Shown: positions 1-13,831, counted from the whole stretch's first letter. The stretch: DNA of 62,846 nt, filler included, from Sphacelaria rigidula (GCA_964200075.2; 6 parts of 6 records of this genome joined end to end with filler, not necessarily neighbours in it), one strand, 5' to 3'. Translations and numbers: made by a program. The notes: generated by a model from the sequence alone, not told the origin.

Positions 1-463
1 GATTGTTCAGTCCGAAGCCTACTGGTTATCTTGCATTTGGATGACAGCCTACAATGAGTTGCTTTATTTTCTGGTGTTGCCACTTCCAGAGACAGTCACA
101 GCTTTTACACTGCCTCATAGGTGTCTAACCTGTGGGGAGGGGGGGTGTACTCATGATGATGGGACCATTGGCCTCGTATCCCTACAAAGTCGGGATGGAG
201 CACGCCGGGTTTTCGCCAGAGCGAGGAATAAGGGGGAGCAGGGGTTGCGGCACTCGTTGTAGAGGAAAGCAACAGGCAGACTACAAGTAAAAAAAAGCAA
301 CAGGTGGACTACCAGTGAAAAAGGAGTTCGCTCGCCTGCATAAACGCAAAACAAAACACAGTGCGACAAGACGTGCCACGGTGAAACAAACTGCGGAAGC
401 TAAAAAAAGACAACAACAACAACAACAACAACATAAAGGAAGCCTTGACGTCTCTCGCCACAC

Positions 464-672
464 CTGGACTCGTACTCGGTCTTGAGCACCCTAAAGGTAT
501 GATCGAACATCTCACGGAAGCAAACTCTCTGGACCTCCAGATACAGTTCCGGCCCCAACAAGCCTTTGTCGTCCTCCGCCTTCTCAAGGCAAGCACGCGC
601 GTCAGTCCGCAGCTCCGTTGGTATAAACTCCGCCACGGTCGGCGATGATTGTCGGAGATACTTCCCGTATAT
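464..672 (-). CDS. Internal exon encoding the C-terminal half of an RGS (regulator of G-protein signalling) domain
   Basis: Acceptor ccag at 673-676 and donor gtgtgg after 464. Translation IYGKYLRQSSPTVAEFIPTELRTDARACLE...PELYLEVQRVCFREMFDHTFRVLK fits the RGS pattern IYxKYI..SP..I...R..........LF..AQ......M..DSF.RF. Confidence 0.65.
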
Positions 673-1674
673 CTGGATCCCACCCACAGCAGGGGAAAGT
701 GTCCATCAAGGGGGAAAAGTGTCAATCAATTTGCCCGACCAAAACTCAGTGCACGAGTGCGACGATGTACGAGTACAACGATATACATATATATATATAT
801 ATATATTCACCTTTGTAGATTTTAGCACCGCCAAACTACCGGCGCATACCGAGTCATACTGACGCCAAGATCATTCCTACAATTGTTACTCTTTGCTGCG
901 TCATTTAACACCTCCACGTGACGATTATCAGGCAATACGGTGATCGAACCCCCCTCCCCCCTTCCACCCGCCGTTGATGACTACGGCATGCGGAATCATG
1001 AGTACATCCCCCCTCCTCCCCCCCGCCGCCTTACCACGGGATGACTCTGTAATGAAGAAGCGCCGTGTGTTTACGGGGCAGGAAAAGGCTTTGATCGGCA
1101 TGAAAATCGACTGATGGGGCTGATAACAGCGAGACCACACAGGGCGCCTCGAGGGTAGTGAAGCAACCCGTAAATATACGCACGACGATAGCAAGTGCAA
1201 AACGTGTTGGATAACAACAAAGCAAACAGGGCGATCCTTGCTATTATGCGGGGGAAAAAAACACCTTTTAAAGGGTGTTCATCGCAGTGCTAGGGATAGT
1301 TTCTTTCCTGGCAACACCCGAACGTCTGTGTTCATGCTTGACCGATTTCTGGAATAAAAGCCACGGCCATCAAAAAATGTTGTAGAGTTCTATCCCGATG
1401 GTTAGAGAAAGGGATAGGGATGAGGATTTGCCTCGAAAGCTCTTGTCTTCATGAACAAGCGAAACCCGAAGCATCGGACGAGGGAGCTGGGGATTCAGTT
1501 TGCAGGGTCAACTAGCAGTCTTTTCACCGGGAAACGTTCGGGATCATCATTGCAGGTCACCATTTCGCAGTAGAAATAATGCATAGTGTTACCCGACACT
1601 ACTGCGTATACGGGCGTTATTTTACACCCATGCATACGCATACATATATGTCTAGATAAACAGCATCTATATAC

Positions 1675-1975
1675 AACAGCATTTTCGTGAGATTGAGAGT
1701 AGAGTATACGATTGAGAGTGAAGACCGGCCAATTAGTGAATGAGTCGTTTCAGTTCCGAAATACCACTCCACAAGGCCTGACATGCTTTCTGTAGTAGCT
1801 TGTCACTGAGGTCCTTGATATCCCTGAGCAGGATATCGGCGTGTAGGTGTGAGCACATGCTAGTGGTAGAGGCAAATAAAAGCACTCACGGAGTGTAAAA
1901 CCGACTAGGTCAAAGCGAATTACCGAAGGCACTCTCAATCAGCGATCTACTCTCAATCTCACGAAAATGTTGTTA
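1675..1975. mobile_element. MITE with ~29-bp terminal inverted repeats
   Basis: AACAGCATTTTCGTGAGATTGAGAGTAGA at the left end; its reverse complement TCTACTCTCAATCTCACGAAAATGTTGTT at the right end. Related ends occur near 30583 and 34890. Confidence 0.75.
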
Positions 1976-1993
1976 TACGTGCATGTAATTGGG

Positions 1994-3356
1994 CGGGGCT
2001 CTACACGTTACACATGCCACAGCGATACACGTCATGTTCACGTGACGTTTTGGACGAAGCGTTATGTGAAGGTTAATTTTTGTTTTCGTGATGAGCGTGA
2101 AATGAGGTCATCTTGAAAATTTTCAAATGTAACGTAAACGTAACGTTATTTTCTTAACTTTCCAAACGGAACGTAATGTAACGTTAAATTTCCCAAACGT
2201 TCCATGGAACGTGTAACGTCTATCACACGTTTCACGTGTTTTAGACGTTACACGTTACACGTGTAGCATACGTTACAAATGTATTAGGCATTGCACGTTA
2301 CATGACACGTCATAAACACGTTGCGTGAAACGTTGTAAACACGTTACATGAAGCGGTGCACACTTCATTTTTGCAATGCAATTTCAAATTTCAAATCCCC
2401 AGAAGATCAGGGTTCAATAAACACGAGTGAGTTTGAATGACCATGGTATAGGACATACTATTTCAGCAAGTTCTCGGGCTCCGTGCCACCGAACACATTA
2501 CAAGTTATCGTTGCAGCACAGAACCATAACATCATACCCATCCACATTCATATCAATAGAAGAGACCGGGTGTAACGTACCCGTCCACGTCACGTTCACG
2601 TGCAATAAATACATGAGATGGATCCAGGGGGGGTATCGGTGGGTCAACAACTAGAGGGTGCCGCAGCCTCCAGCCAATCTCGGCCGTTCCCTGTAGCTGC
2701 AGCATCTATCGCAACGGCAAACAACCGTATCGACGAGAGAATCGTCTGCCCCGTAGCCAAGTGCACCAGATATAGTTTTGTCTGCGAATTATCAGGATGA
2801 CTCAAGCCGGCATTCGATTATGTTGACGATCTGTTGTGTGTGTGCAGTATGTACTATCGTGCGAATGACCGAGCATTCGAAGATTGAAAATCAGAAACAA
2901 GACAAAGAAAAAAAGAGGAGATGTGAAAAGATAAAGGTCGAAAACGAATGAACGATACAGTGTAGAGGAAGTAACGTTAACAATCAGATCATGCGCCTAC
3001 GCTCAAACATACGACGGACCACCGTCAGCGTCACGTTCGCGGTAACGTGGCGCGTTGCATGACACGTTACAATGCCTTGAACACTGGTAAATAAGCTGCG
3101 ACACGCACAGAATGAAACGTTACATTAAGACGTTACACGTGTCAATGAAACGTTATATTCGACGTTACACTTGACATTGAAACGTTTCATGTTACGTTAC
3201 ATGTATCGAAAACGTAACGTTGATTTTTCAACGCAATGAACGTAACGTAACGTGACCGTTAAGTTTTCAAACGAAACGTTCACGTAACGTTGATTTTTTT
3301 CAACATGCCAAACGAAACGTAACGTGAACGTTAAACGTGTAACGTGTGGAGCCCTG
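1994..3356. mobile_element. Non-autonomous hAT-like TIR element with AACGTT/GTAAC-rich subterminal repeats
   Basis: TIR C(A/G)GGGCTC(T/C)ACACGTTACAC at both ends; dense ACGT/GTAACG motifs at 2000-2350 and 3030-3350. A closely similar TIR bounds 21814-21984. Confidence 0.65.
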
Positions 3357-3479
3357 TAGTTTTGTGGTGAAAAAAGCGCCCAGGTGTGATGCCAACAAGT
3401 GGCTGAATTGTCGACATCAAAAGCACTTCAAGCAGTCACCAGTGTCTCACGTAACAGCTCCATAGGGCACAACGACTCC

Positions 3480-5600
3480 TCGTTAAAGCAATTCGGTGGA
3501 ATTTCTCCCCCCCGCCCACCGTGAGATGATCCCGGGTGGGGAAACAGCTTTTAATGCGTTCCATAAACAAGTGTAGAGAGCACTCTCTTGATGATCCTCC
3601 TGTAGGAGTCCGTAATTTTGGTCTCCCAAGCAGCATCCCCGAGGGGTCATTGCCCACAACCTACAGCTTGCTAGCTGTCTGGTCTCCAGCAAGAGACTCT
3701 CCTTCCCTGTCAGGCCCATTATTATCTACAATTCTTTTTCGGAGGTATCCCAAAGTCTCGGGACAGGCAAGATACCTGAGGACTCTCGAACGCTTGCGAG
3801 CACCACGGCGTACACACCGAGCAGCTAGCCGATGCGGTCCGAATTCTTCGGATTTCTCCGAAAATGAAGCTTCGATGAAAAAACTCAAGCCGCTTCGATA
3901 TTCAGAGAAGTCTGAGCGTAGCGTCCGAGAAGTTTAGAAAATTCTAAATATCCGACCAAAAACCATGTCTCGATAATGATAGGCCTAAGACCACCAACCT
4001 GTGCGTGCCGTACACAACTACAGCACATGCACCAACCCAGACTCTGCATGTAGAACACTGACACAGCTCCCGCAATACTGCAGCCAGTCTTCTTCCGCGG
4101 GAGCGTAGGCCTTCGGACACGGACAAATTTGGGGCGATTAAGCCTGATCTCACGGGGTTAGTTTCAGCATCGATGCTCCCCTAGTGCAAAACAATTATGC
4201 AGATGTGGACGCCTCCGAGGCGATACCTACAAACGTCCGCGCAAACCCCCGCGGCAAAATGTTCCGGGTACTTGTCTTGTTTGGCAGAACATTCGAACCA
4301 CCAAGATATGTCCATCTCAAGGGTGTCGTGATGGGCATGCAAAAGTGCGACAGGCTCGGGCGGGTACGGCCCAAGACGTGCTGAACACACGGATTGAGAG
4401 AAATGAAGCCCCAAAATGCGATGCGGTACGAACAACGGTGAGGTATCGATAGTCTGAAAGACTGGCACCAGTTCGCACATAAAAATGAAAGGATCCTTGG
4501 ACTGTTCCTTACAAACTGATATGATTCGTATCATGCGGGGAACGGTGAGAGATTAAAAAAAAACGCACGTCGACCGAAGTTGTTCTGAGTTTTCTGCGGT
4601 AGATCTATTGGAGCGCGGCGGTGGAATCGGGAAGCACGAACAATGTCCGCGAACATAATGGTGTCGAAAAAGGTAAAATGAGGGTAGACGATACCGTGCT
4701 GGAGCAGTAACCTGAACTTGCTGCCGCTCCTATGGGAAGAATTGTGGTTGTGAGAAAGGATTTTGCCCTGAAATGAGGCTCCCAAGTACCTTGGAATCAA
4801 AGCCCTGGTCACAAACAAAAGCAGCGGCTTGAGCCATGTCGTGCTTTCTTCAAAACTGACCTCACAGTGCACGCGTGCGAAGCACGACGTGAGCTTAGGC
4901 GGTGGGAGAAACCAATTACATCGTACAATATATACAAACGAGTAAGCCTTTACCCACATGCAGAGGCTCACCAGTAGGGACTCAGCTGGCCCATAGGAGC
5001 AAGAGGTCGTTGCTTAGGTCCAAAACCAGAGTGAGGAAGGGTGATAGCCTCGACCCATCTCAGAAACACACATCTTACACAGCTGTCATCTGCCACACCT
5101 AGAACCAGAAATGAAACCAAAGCATGCCTGGTATTATGCCCGAAACAAGGAACACTATGAAAGTCCGGTGTGGCCCCTGACCGGTAGATTCGCCTCTTGC
5201 AACCTGCCGAGCACCGGTCAATTCTCTGCGGAACGATGCAAGCTAAATATCCAAATCTCAAATGAAAATCGTCCACGGTAGGCAGATGGAATCAACCATG
5301 ACTTGCATCCTAAATATCCGTGACTACCCAAATATATATTACGTTCGCATCCGTCCAATAGAGCTACTTGTCCTCCTCGAGAACCGCTCCTACAAATATC
5401 ATAACTCCTACATCATAGGCTGGACCTCAATATCGTTTCCTCTGAAGACGTCAACACATGGGGACAGCGTTCTGGGTTGCTCCATCCGCATAAAAACCGT
5501 TCATTTCTGCGGTCCCAGCCCCCTGTGCTACTGTGGAGTTACCTTTTTCCCGAGGCCTAGAGCTTTTCGTATCGAAGTTTGTACTTCCTCAAAGGTATGT
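3480..5600 (-). pseudogene. Decayed ORF fragments, probably transposon-derived (weak resemblance to a CMC/Plavaka-type C-terminus)
   Basis: Stop-interrupted coding-like frames such as RRIYRSGATPDFHSVPCFG...HALVSFLVLG...RCVFLRWVE; no splice pattern found. Confidence 0.2.
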
Positions 5601-6099
5601 TAGCTTGTTGCGCATAAGGACTAATACAGTGAAAAAACATCTTGACGCAGGCTTCTTTTTGTTGTTGTCGCACTTTGAAACCCTCTCCTTCCTCGGGACG
5701 AGTCCGTGGCGTCAAGGGGTCGAACCTCGAAAATGGGGTTGAAAAACGAAAGAGGTCCAACTCGAAAGCAAAAAAACGTCCTTTTCACCCCGAAATCGAG
5801 GCAAAAGTGTGCTTTCGCACATAACCTTCGGGAGTACGGAAGGCTATAATGGAAACCTCCCGGAACAGTTTTAGGCAGGTCGGGAGGGATGGGGTCGTCC
5901 ATATGAAAATCATTTGTCATGAATTTAGGATCTCTCCCCGGTACAGGCCGCGAATGCTTAAGCGCAAGAGCACCCATCCGTGGAATCCTAGTTCGAGAAA
6001 ACGCGCGTACGTGTGCAGAGTGGTACGTACGCTCAAGGATACCCCGATGTCTCGGTTGTGAGCTCTCGTCTGCCACACGACTTGCTTTTCAGTGTGCTG

Positions 6100-6559
6100 A
6101 GATCAATTCGTATGGCAATCAACCCGTATTTGTACAAATATGAGGATTTCAGTCCGTGTAAATCCGATCCTATCCCGTGGATTCATTTTCGGACCCCAGT
6201 CCGTTGGGCAATTTTTCCGCCTAGTTCTCAGGAAACCAGATCAATTCTCCGATTCTCTGGGCGCTGACTTCTGATTCATCACCTTTCTGCTCAGATCGGG
6301 AGACTCCCGCATCTCCCCCGATTTGGGCCCCAGATTCGGGGGAGATGCGGGAGTCTCCCGATCTGAGCAGAAATGTAATAAATAAAAAGTCAGCATCCAC
6401 AGAATCGGAGAATTGATCTGATTTCCTCAGAGGTAGGCGAAAAACATTGCCCAACGGACTGGGGTCCAAAAAATCAATCCACGGGAGAAAATCGGAATTA
6501 CACGGGCTGAAACCCTCATATTTGTACAAATACGGATCGATTGCCATACAAATTGGTCT
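6100..6559. repeat. ~460-bp foldback palindrome (MITE-like)
   Basis: Arms are reverse complements around GGGCCC at ~6327, e.g. TCTGCTCAGATCGGGAGACTCCCGCATCTCCCC versus GGGGAGATGCGGGAGTCTCCCGATCTGAGCAGA. Confidence 0.85.
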
Positions 6560-7439
6560 GATGGGGCTTGCGTATTCAGGCTTTCACACACGGTTCAGGG
6601 GGAATTGGTTCCCAAATGGTTCAGTTCGCAACGAGAACCAAAAAAAATCATCTTGTTTCCGGAACAAGGTAAAACAACAATGGTTCCTTGCTTGTTGGGT
6701 AACCCACGATAATGTCATTTGTTAAGGTGGGTGCTCCCCTCCAACTCTTGTAAGATAAATACACCTTCGGTTATCGTCCGTTCTGAGTATGGCGTGTCAT
6801 TCACAGTTAAAACTATGTTAACATTAGAAGCGAAATACGGCGGCATTTTTACGTATCACATCTTGCGTTCACTATCCCTACGATGAGATTGAAATGGTGA
6901 ACGCAAGGTATCCAGCGCCTGCGTGTGTGCGCATGATCACGGCGCGAGGATTTTCCGCCTTGAGTTGTTTACCCCTTGGGATCCCAGATGCAAAGGATCG
7001 GCCCTGGATCAATCACTCGATGAATATGAAAGACGGCTGAATCGGGGAGAGGAATGAACGCACAGTACTATAGTAGCCCATGTGATCTACCTGGTACGAC
7101 CGAAACGATTCAAGGTGGGAAAATGCAGTTGGGTGTTTTTGCGGGGAAAGTATCTGATTCCATCTAAGGAAGTTTGCAGGGCGAGAGTCGACGCCTTGCG
7201 CGAGTGCGAGTCCAACCCCATGATACCAGAATGTAAGGCGTGTACAGTCACCAAGGGAGGGAGGGGTTGATCTGTTGATGCTACAGGCTCGCCCCGAGGA
7301 AAGACGGCGAAGGGGGATGGGGGTATGACGGAAAGAAGGGTAACCCGTGCGTTGGCGAAACCGCGGAAACGATGGTGTGTTTTGTTATTGGCGGTAGAGC
7401 TGTCGATCAGAGAGGAATTAGTAAGCCAAAATAGCAGCG

Positions 7440-9880
7440 GGTCTACAGGTGTCGAATGCCAGCCGATGGTATTGTTGCGAAAAGAGGTCTAGCGACCAAG
7501 AGTTTAGGACAAGGCAAACAAAAAATCTCCGTGTACTCTGGGTCGTTCAACGATACCATGGAGAAGGAGTTTAAATGTCGCAGAATGGAAAGCCTGCCCG
7601 CGGAGATACGGTTACGCTGTCGGGGCCACACGACGTACAAGTGAGAGTGACCAATCGTTGAAGGTGAAGTCATTTTCAAAGCCAATATCGTTGGGGCAGA
7701 ATCGTCGACTTAATTGAAGCAAAAGGGGCGCAGGGTCTCCATGGGATATACATCGGGTAGGCAAAACGCGACAATTGGTCAGCAACCACCCCCCTCTATT
7801 ATTACATCGTTCAAGGAAGATGAAGTTGAGCAAACGAGATCTAACCAAGTGTAACACTCGCTTACTACTGGCGCAGTCAAGCCGTCACCTGCTTTGCTTT
7901 GGTAAACCGGTAGTCCACGGTGGGAATAGCTCGATACTCCTGTATGTCGCTCCACAAGAAGAACACGTGCTTCGTCCCGATCTCCATCGCGAAAGTTCCC
8001 AAAAAGTTCTGTCCGGCTAAAGATGCCTCGCGGAGAGAAGAAACGAACGCACATTCGAGACTTCGATCACAACCCTACTGGGATCATTTACTGCAAAACC
8101 ATCAAAACACTCGAGAAACTCAAGTTACGAACGTTTGCAATGCCACACGTCGACAGAGAGGTCGACTACTCCATCAGTCAACGGAGTCAGGCAGTGGGGT
8201 CTAAAACCACTCTCATTTGACTGTACTCGAACCGCAAACCACAGCGTTTCGTCACAAATCACCGTCACAGCTAACTTCCCCCTCCCACTCTCCCTCGACT
8301 TGAAACTCCCCATCGAAGCGCGTTCGTTCGCCTTCCATAAACTCTCTTCTTACGCTTCCAACATGTTGACATCCTGACAACGAATATCACGTCACTTGTA
8401 GCACAAATCGTCGCCGATTTGCGGAGTGCTTACGACGGAAACATGTTGATGCTCCACCCCATTGCTCTTGGTCTTTATGAGTACATCTGTCCACCTACCC
8501 GTCTGAATGCATGTATTCATCCGTTTCCATCTGTATATGTATATTTGTGTCCAACTCATGTCTGCGTGCGACTGTCATCTGCCGGCCTGCTGGCCTATAT
8601 TTCCATGTGTCTGTGCCTGCATGTATATATGCCTGGCGTTTTAGATTTCCCCTTTATATCGTGTTTATATGATCTCCCTGACGGGCGGTACGTTCGGAAA
8701 ATCCAGTACACCCTTCTCCAAGTACAGTATAAGCTTGCCGTGAGGAAAGTATGGGCACTTCTTACGCAGTAACATTCATTTTGTATTTATTTTGGGCGAT
8801 GTCTTTGTTGTGTTGTACCGGGTGATGTATTCGTCTGTTCACCTCGAGTATGTCTATCTTGTGACAGCGACGACGACCACCCCCACCACAATAACAAAAA
8901 CAACAACAACAACAACAACAACAACAAGAGTAACCCAGAACCTGGAAACATTTGAATCACCCAGTCACGGATGTGATACCCAGAAGTTAGGATTTCACAA
9001 TCCTTGACGAGTCGGTCAGACGTGAACGTCTCGCGGTGTGACTGTATTTCATCAGCTGATCAGGGCAGCACCGTTCCGTGATATATACTTGATATCCGCC
9101 GACACAAATACATCGCGAGAAGCCGACTTTTGACTCGTGCAATATTTCAAGTTCACCTCTGGGTATCATTGGATCCTCCAATATTTCAAGGTGCACATCA
9201 TTCTTATGTTTGTCTTCCGAAAACTCAGAATTGGCTCTTGAGAATTGCGAAAAGGTAGAGTTCCATGAATAGTAACAGCTTCAAATGGGGTACGCAAAAA
9301 TGTGAGATTTTCATGGAGAGTAGCACCTTCAAATGAAGAACAAGGACTCGTGTGCTATTGTACGCCAATGCTCAACGAGCGGGAGAACAAACCTTGCACA
9401 ACCAAAGCAACCCGTCGTTCCATCCATATCTCACCGGGGATATCAATCATAGCCAAAAGCTCCACGTACTCAGTAATGTCATCCCGATCGTCCGGCAGTA
9501 CCGGGCTCTTGGTGTAGTCCTCATGGTAGCCCTCCTTACGCCATACCGTAGTGCGGTCCACCCGCGAGTCAGCCACTGGGTCACAATTACTGTCGGCAAC
9601 GAGACCCACGCGCGGAAGTGGTAACGGGATACGGTGGCGGGTTGCAGATCGAAATGAAAGCTTCCACCCCACCCTTAATGCAGGACAGCTTGTACTCGGC
9701 CCGAAAATACCAGGAAGTAGCTCGTTCAAGTTCACAATTTTTCGCATTTCTAACAACAGACAACTTGAATATTCTAACAAAGGCTCCGCAGTAGCTTTAC
9801 CAATCGCTCCCTCACGAGATCGTCATTTTAGTGTGGTTCGTGTGACGAGGGATTCTACGGTTGGGGTGTACTTTTAGGCT
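7440..9880 (-). pseudogene. Decayed long ORF remnants, likely transposon-derived
   Basis: Long frames with scattered stops at 7440-8380 and 9230-9880 (e.g. DDITEYVELLAMIDIPGEIWMERRVALVVQ); family not identified. Confidence 0.2.
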
Positions 9881-10321
9881 CGAACGTTCTCTGAGGCTGC
9901 ACACTAAGGCTCAAATGTTTGTCATCAAGAGGCTCCCCAAGCGCGGAGCCTCAGAAACAAAGTGTGCACACCTACCGTAGAACTACTCTGACCACTTTCG
10001 TCTCTGCCCCTTGTCCTGTATAGGAGGTGAAGTGTTATAGCCTATCGAGCGCCAGGCATCATTTCGGAATGATATCAACGTGTGACCATCAACGCAGGTG
10101 ACCCCGACCACGTGACCCACCAGCTCCTTCCTCTGTCCGATTAACACCCTCAATGGCGATACGTAGTGTATTCCGCGGTGTGCCTTAGCCTCTAGCTTAT
10201 GTATGTTTCTATGGTGCGTAAGCAAAGCATTTGATTTTTTTTTCCATTGGTGTACCGGGGGTCGATCGGCGCCCGAAGGGCTGAAATTCGGAGGGGCAGC
10301 GATCGCATATGCACGAACCAT

Positions 10322-10393
10322 GGGGGGCGGGGCGTACTCATTTGTTGCTTGCCTTAGTCGTTTGACCATTGACCACGCATCCCTTTCGAGACG
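10322..10393 (-). mobile_element. 5'-truncated LINE 3' end (…[17 protein letters not shown] family)
   Basis: Near-identical ~70-bp core also at 39200, 39570, 40855, 41141, 52286 and 57250; the contig ends inside it. Confidence 0.7.
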
Positions 10394-10493
10394 NNNNNNN
10401 NNNNNNNNNNNNNNNNNNNNNNNNNNNNNNNNNNNNNTTAATTAATTAANNNNNNNNNNNNNNNNNNNNNNNNNNNNNNNNNNNNNNNNNNNN
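10394..10493. other. Artificial contig linker (N44-TTAATTAATTAA-N44)
   Basis: 100-bp N run with a six-frame stop cassette. Confidence 0.97.
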
Positions 10494-11309
10494 ATCTGTT
10501 TGTGTTGTTGTTTTTTTCTTCGGTCTGTGGCTGGTTTTGGGGGGGGGGGGGGGGGGGGGGGGGGCTATCTCGGCAGCAGTCATTTACTTCTGACCCGATT
10601 ATTACTCGAACCAAGAAAAAAGCATCCAGCTGCTCAGTACCCCAGGCCCGAGCACACGTTGGTCCAGCCGGGTAAAGCAAGCGTCAGAAAATAATGAGTA
10701 ATCGCGCCCCAGGTCCGTGTCACATTTCTCCACGTGCGTCGCATCGTGGTGCGTTTATCTCGTTCTACCACGGGCCAAGTGTTTCGCAGGAAAGCAAAGT
10801 GTATTTTCAAGGGCAGTGGTTGGGGAGAAGGGTACCTTGTTAATTTTGCACACTTCACGGTACAGCGGTCCGCGACATTCCACACGTTCTGGTGAAGTCA
10901 TGGTATAATACCGTTTCTTGTCTCCAAAAGAGACATGAAAATTGCCAAAACAGGCTATGAGCGTGGCCAGAATTAGAACACTATGGAAAAGAAAGGGTAA
11001 CGCCCAAGAGAAGAAAAGACGGACAGGTATGTCTCCCCAGCTCGGCCAGTTCAGGGTACAGGACGGCTTTGATGGGTTAGACCGTGTTGTATCAAGGTCG
11101 AGAAATCATGTTCAAAATACCACTTCATCGAGTCTGATTAAAACCAGAGCGACGACTTTTGAGTCTCTGAAATCCCACAATCAACAAGAAATGCACCGGA
11201 GCGGTCAGCATATTTTGACGCGCTTTGCATCACCAGACGACAGTACAGCACTGGAAGCAATACGCCCGTCCCGGAGTCCCGCCACCGGGCGTCCGGCGCA
11301 ACGACAGTC

Positions 11310-11500
11310 AGTGACGTGAAAAAATGGAGGAAGCGCGGAAGGGTAATTGAGTGTGTTGAGAGCGATCCATGTTCTCCCCATCTTGCTCTTGGTACCTCCT
11401 ACATGCTGTTCTGCTATGAGTCTGGTGTGGCCTTGTAGGGATGCGAAGTCAACGGTTACATGACTACGACAAGCAAGATCATGAGTACACCTCCCCCACC
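11310..11500 (+). mobile_element. Diverged LINE 3' end related to the SRKGCVVNG family
   Basis: GGGATGCGAAGTCAACGG...ATGAGTACACCTCCCCC parallels GGGATGCGTGGTCAATGG...ATGAGTACGCCCCCC; a similar remnant lies at 137-260 (-). Confidence 0.45.
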
Positions 11501-13184
11501 CGCTACTCCGCCCTGGCCTCGCCACGGATTCAAAATATCAGACGCCCGACCTCGGTCGCCATCTATTCATCAACCATCAATGAACACCACATATGTGCTG
11601 TACATAATTTTCCCTCAAGTGGCGTGATTCGAGGCTTGTGATGGGGGGCGTCAACAGTCAAGTAGAGTCGTTGAGCCACGTTTTGAGTATTCCCCTACGA
11701 GTAACGTGATTACTCGAATGGCGCAAATAATTTAGAAAAACGCACAGAAATACTCTTCGGGGATGACGTGCCTGCACCCAGAAATCGCTATGGCAAAACA
11801 TTTTCCAAGGGGTCATGGTACCGCCTCAGTCAATCGCGGGTTAGTGTGACCTTGGCAGGTGGTTATCGGGGTGTCAATGAACGACGGCCGTACCCGCAAC
11901 TTTGCAGCTTAACCAAGCATCATTACCTTAAAATGGCTGAAAACGACAAGACCACAGGGCCTGCAAAGATTGTGCAAAGTTCCCCCGGGGTGGGTGGGCC
12001 GGAAAAGAGTGAAATATTACTGTCGTTCTCTAGTGTCAGCAGTAGGAAAATCGAGGTTTTACGCGTCACAAGATGCCTTTACAAGGTCTAGAGCACAAGT
12101 AGCTCGGTAAAGCGATGCCTACCGCCGTTCCAGCGAAGTATAACCCTGCCAGGACGTATAAATATCATTTGCAGTGCCGTTTGCATCCCAGCGCAGCCAT
12201 CTCATTTTTTTGAGGATGGGAAGGTATCGTGTATAATATCACAGAGGCACGCAAAGCACCATTCCCCTCTAGGCTCTTTCGGACAGAACGGGGTTGGGTG
12301 GCCTACGCTTTCAAGAATTGCGCATACGCCACACCTTAAACAAGGTATACCTTTTCCTGGCCACTGCCCCATGTCACCCCGTCGGCGCCTCAAGTCATTG
12401 ATCGACCCTACATGCACCACTGTAGACAGGAGTATGAAGCAATCATCGCCACAACGCCCGGCACCAACTGCTGGGCACAACTTTCTCAGCTGATAAAAAG
12501 CCATGGCTTGAACCGCATGCCCTTGTATGGTCGGAGGCAGTGCGGCTCCCAGGTTCATGCGTAATTAGGTTGGGTCGTGTGTCACACCTCCAGGATGCGC
12601 CCCTGCGGTGGCTGCGTCCATGTTCCGCTTAGAACGCTCAGTGGCAGTTTGTTCGCGCAAACCTACATGAACCGAAAATGCCTTCTAAGGTCGGTTTGCG
12701 CGAGCAATGTTTTTGGCGATCTTAACTTGGAATGATATCGCAGTGACCAACCACAAGACGCAAATAACAAACAAATCTAAAAAAATTCATTTAGAAAAAT
12801 CTGAAATAGCACCATTGGGTTACTCTCTGAGTCCATTCAAACAATCGTGCGAGATAAAATTGCAAGTATTGCCCGTCGGTACTGTAGTGTTCTGCTGCGG
12901 TACGATACGACGTCCCGAACTATTCACAACATAGGCACTTGGATACTGTAATGTTGTCAGTACTGTCCTGTACTCCACTGTGCGGTACAGTACAGCACGA
13001 CATCTATGTGTGTCTGATTTCTCCAGGGCACAGGACAACGTACTTTGGAGGGGGTGAATGGGATCACCCCTGCGGGATGCCACTCCAGCATAATGTTGTA
13101 CTTCATCCACGCGTAGGGGGTGGTATCTTGTGCCATAGCGATTAGACGCTTCGAGACCTCTGGGGATATCCTAGGTTGATCGAC

Positions 13185-13405
13185 ATCATCATCATCACCA
13201 TCATTCTTATTGCTATTACTGTTACTATTCCATTTATGATGACTACTACTATTATTGTTATGGTGATCATTATTGTGATCATCATTATTGTGAAAATAAT
13301 TATGATTGTGATTATGATTGCGATTGTGATTATAATTATAATTATTATTGTTTTTGTTATTGTTATGGTTGTTGTTGTTGTTGTTTTGGTCGTTGTTATT
13401 GTTTT
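13185..13405. repeat. Degenerate (ATT/ATG/GTT)n microsatellite, probably a retroelement tail
   Basis: Trinucleotide low-complexity run abutting 13405-13600, downstream of the minus-strand LINE. Confidence 0.8.
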
Positions 13406-13607
13406 TTCCTCACACTAGCCCCATCCGTGGAACCCATGGCCAGATGTAGGCTCGCCCGTCCAGGACGGTCACCACTATTCCTTGCGAAGGAGCGGCTTCT
13501 TCTTAGACTTCAAAACAAGACAAGACTAAACTAAACAGTAAGAGAGAGAGACCACGAAAACATGAGCGAACAACCCTCTTCTCCACCGAGATGGTCCAAG
13601 GTGTGTT

Positions 13608-13831
13608 GTGTGTGTTGTCGTCCCATCTATTCTGGACGCCGGTCTACACCTTTCGGTATATATGGGCGCACCAGCCGGGGTCATACAGGAGGAAGGTCAA
13701 CACAGGAGCTCTTCATTTTTTAGAAATAATCTTTTGAGTACCCCACCTTCCTTCTGCGGTACTTGCCTTTACTTTTATCGCGAGAGGGGTTCAGCACTCC
13801 CTTTCCCTCGTCGACCGTTGAGTCGAATTTT
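13608..13831 (-). mobile_element. tRNA-derived SINE, 3' half
   Basis: Reverse complement matches the 3' part of 20441-20785 (GACCCCGGCTGGTGCGCCCA..TATACCGAAAGGTGTAGACCGGCGTCCAGAATAGATGGGACGAC). Confidence 0.85.

Noticed and set aside
13176..13418. Hydrophobic Ile/Val-rich ORF resembling a membrane protein (likewise ORFs at 52006-52409, 41613-41840 and 18435-18722)
   Set aside because: These are translations of microsatellites or simple repeats.
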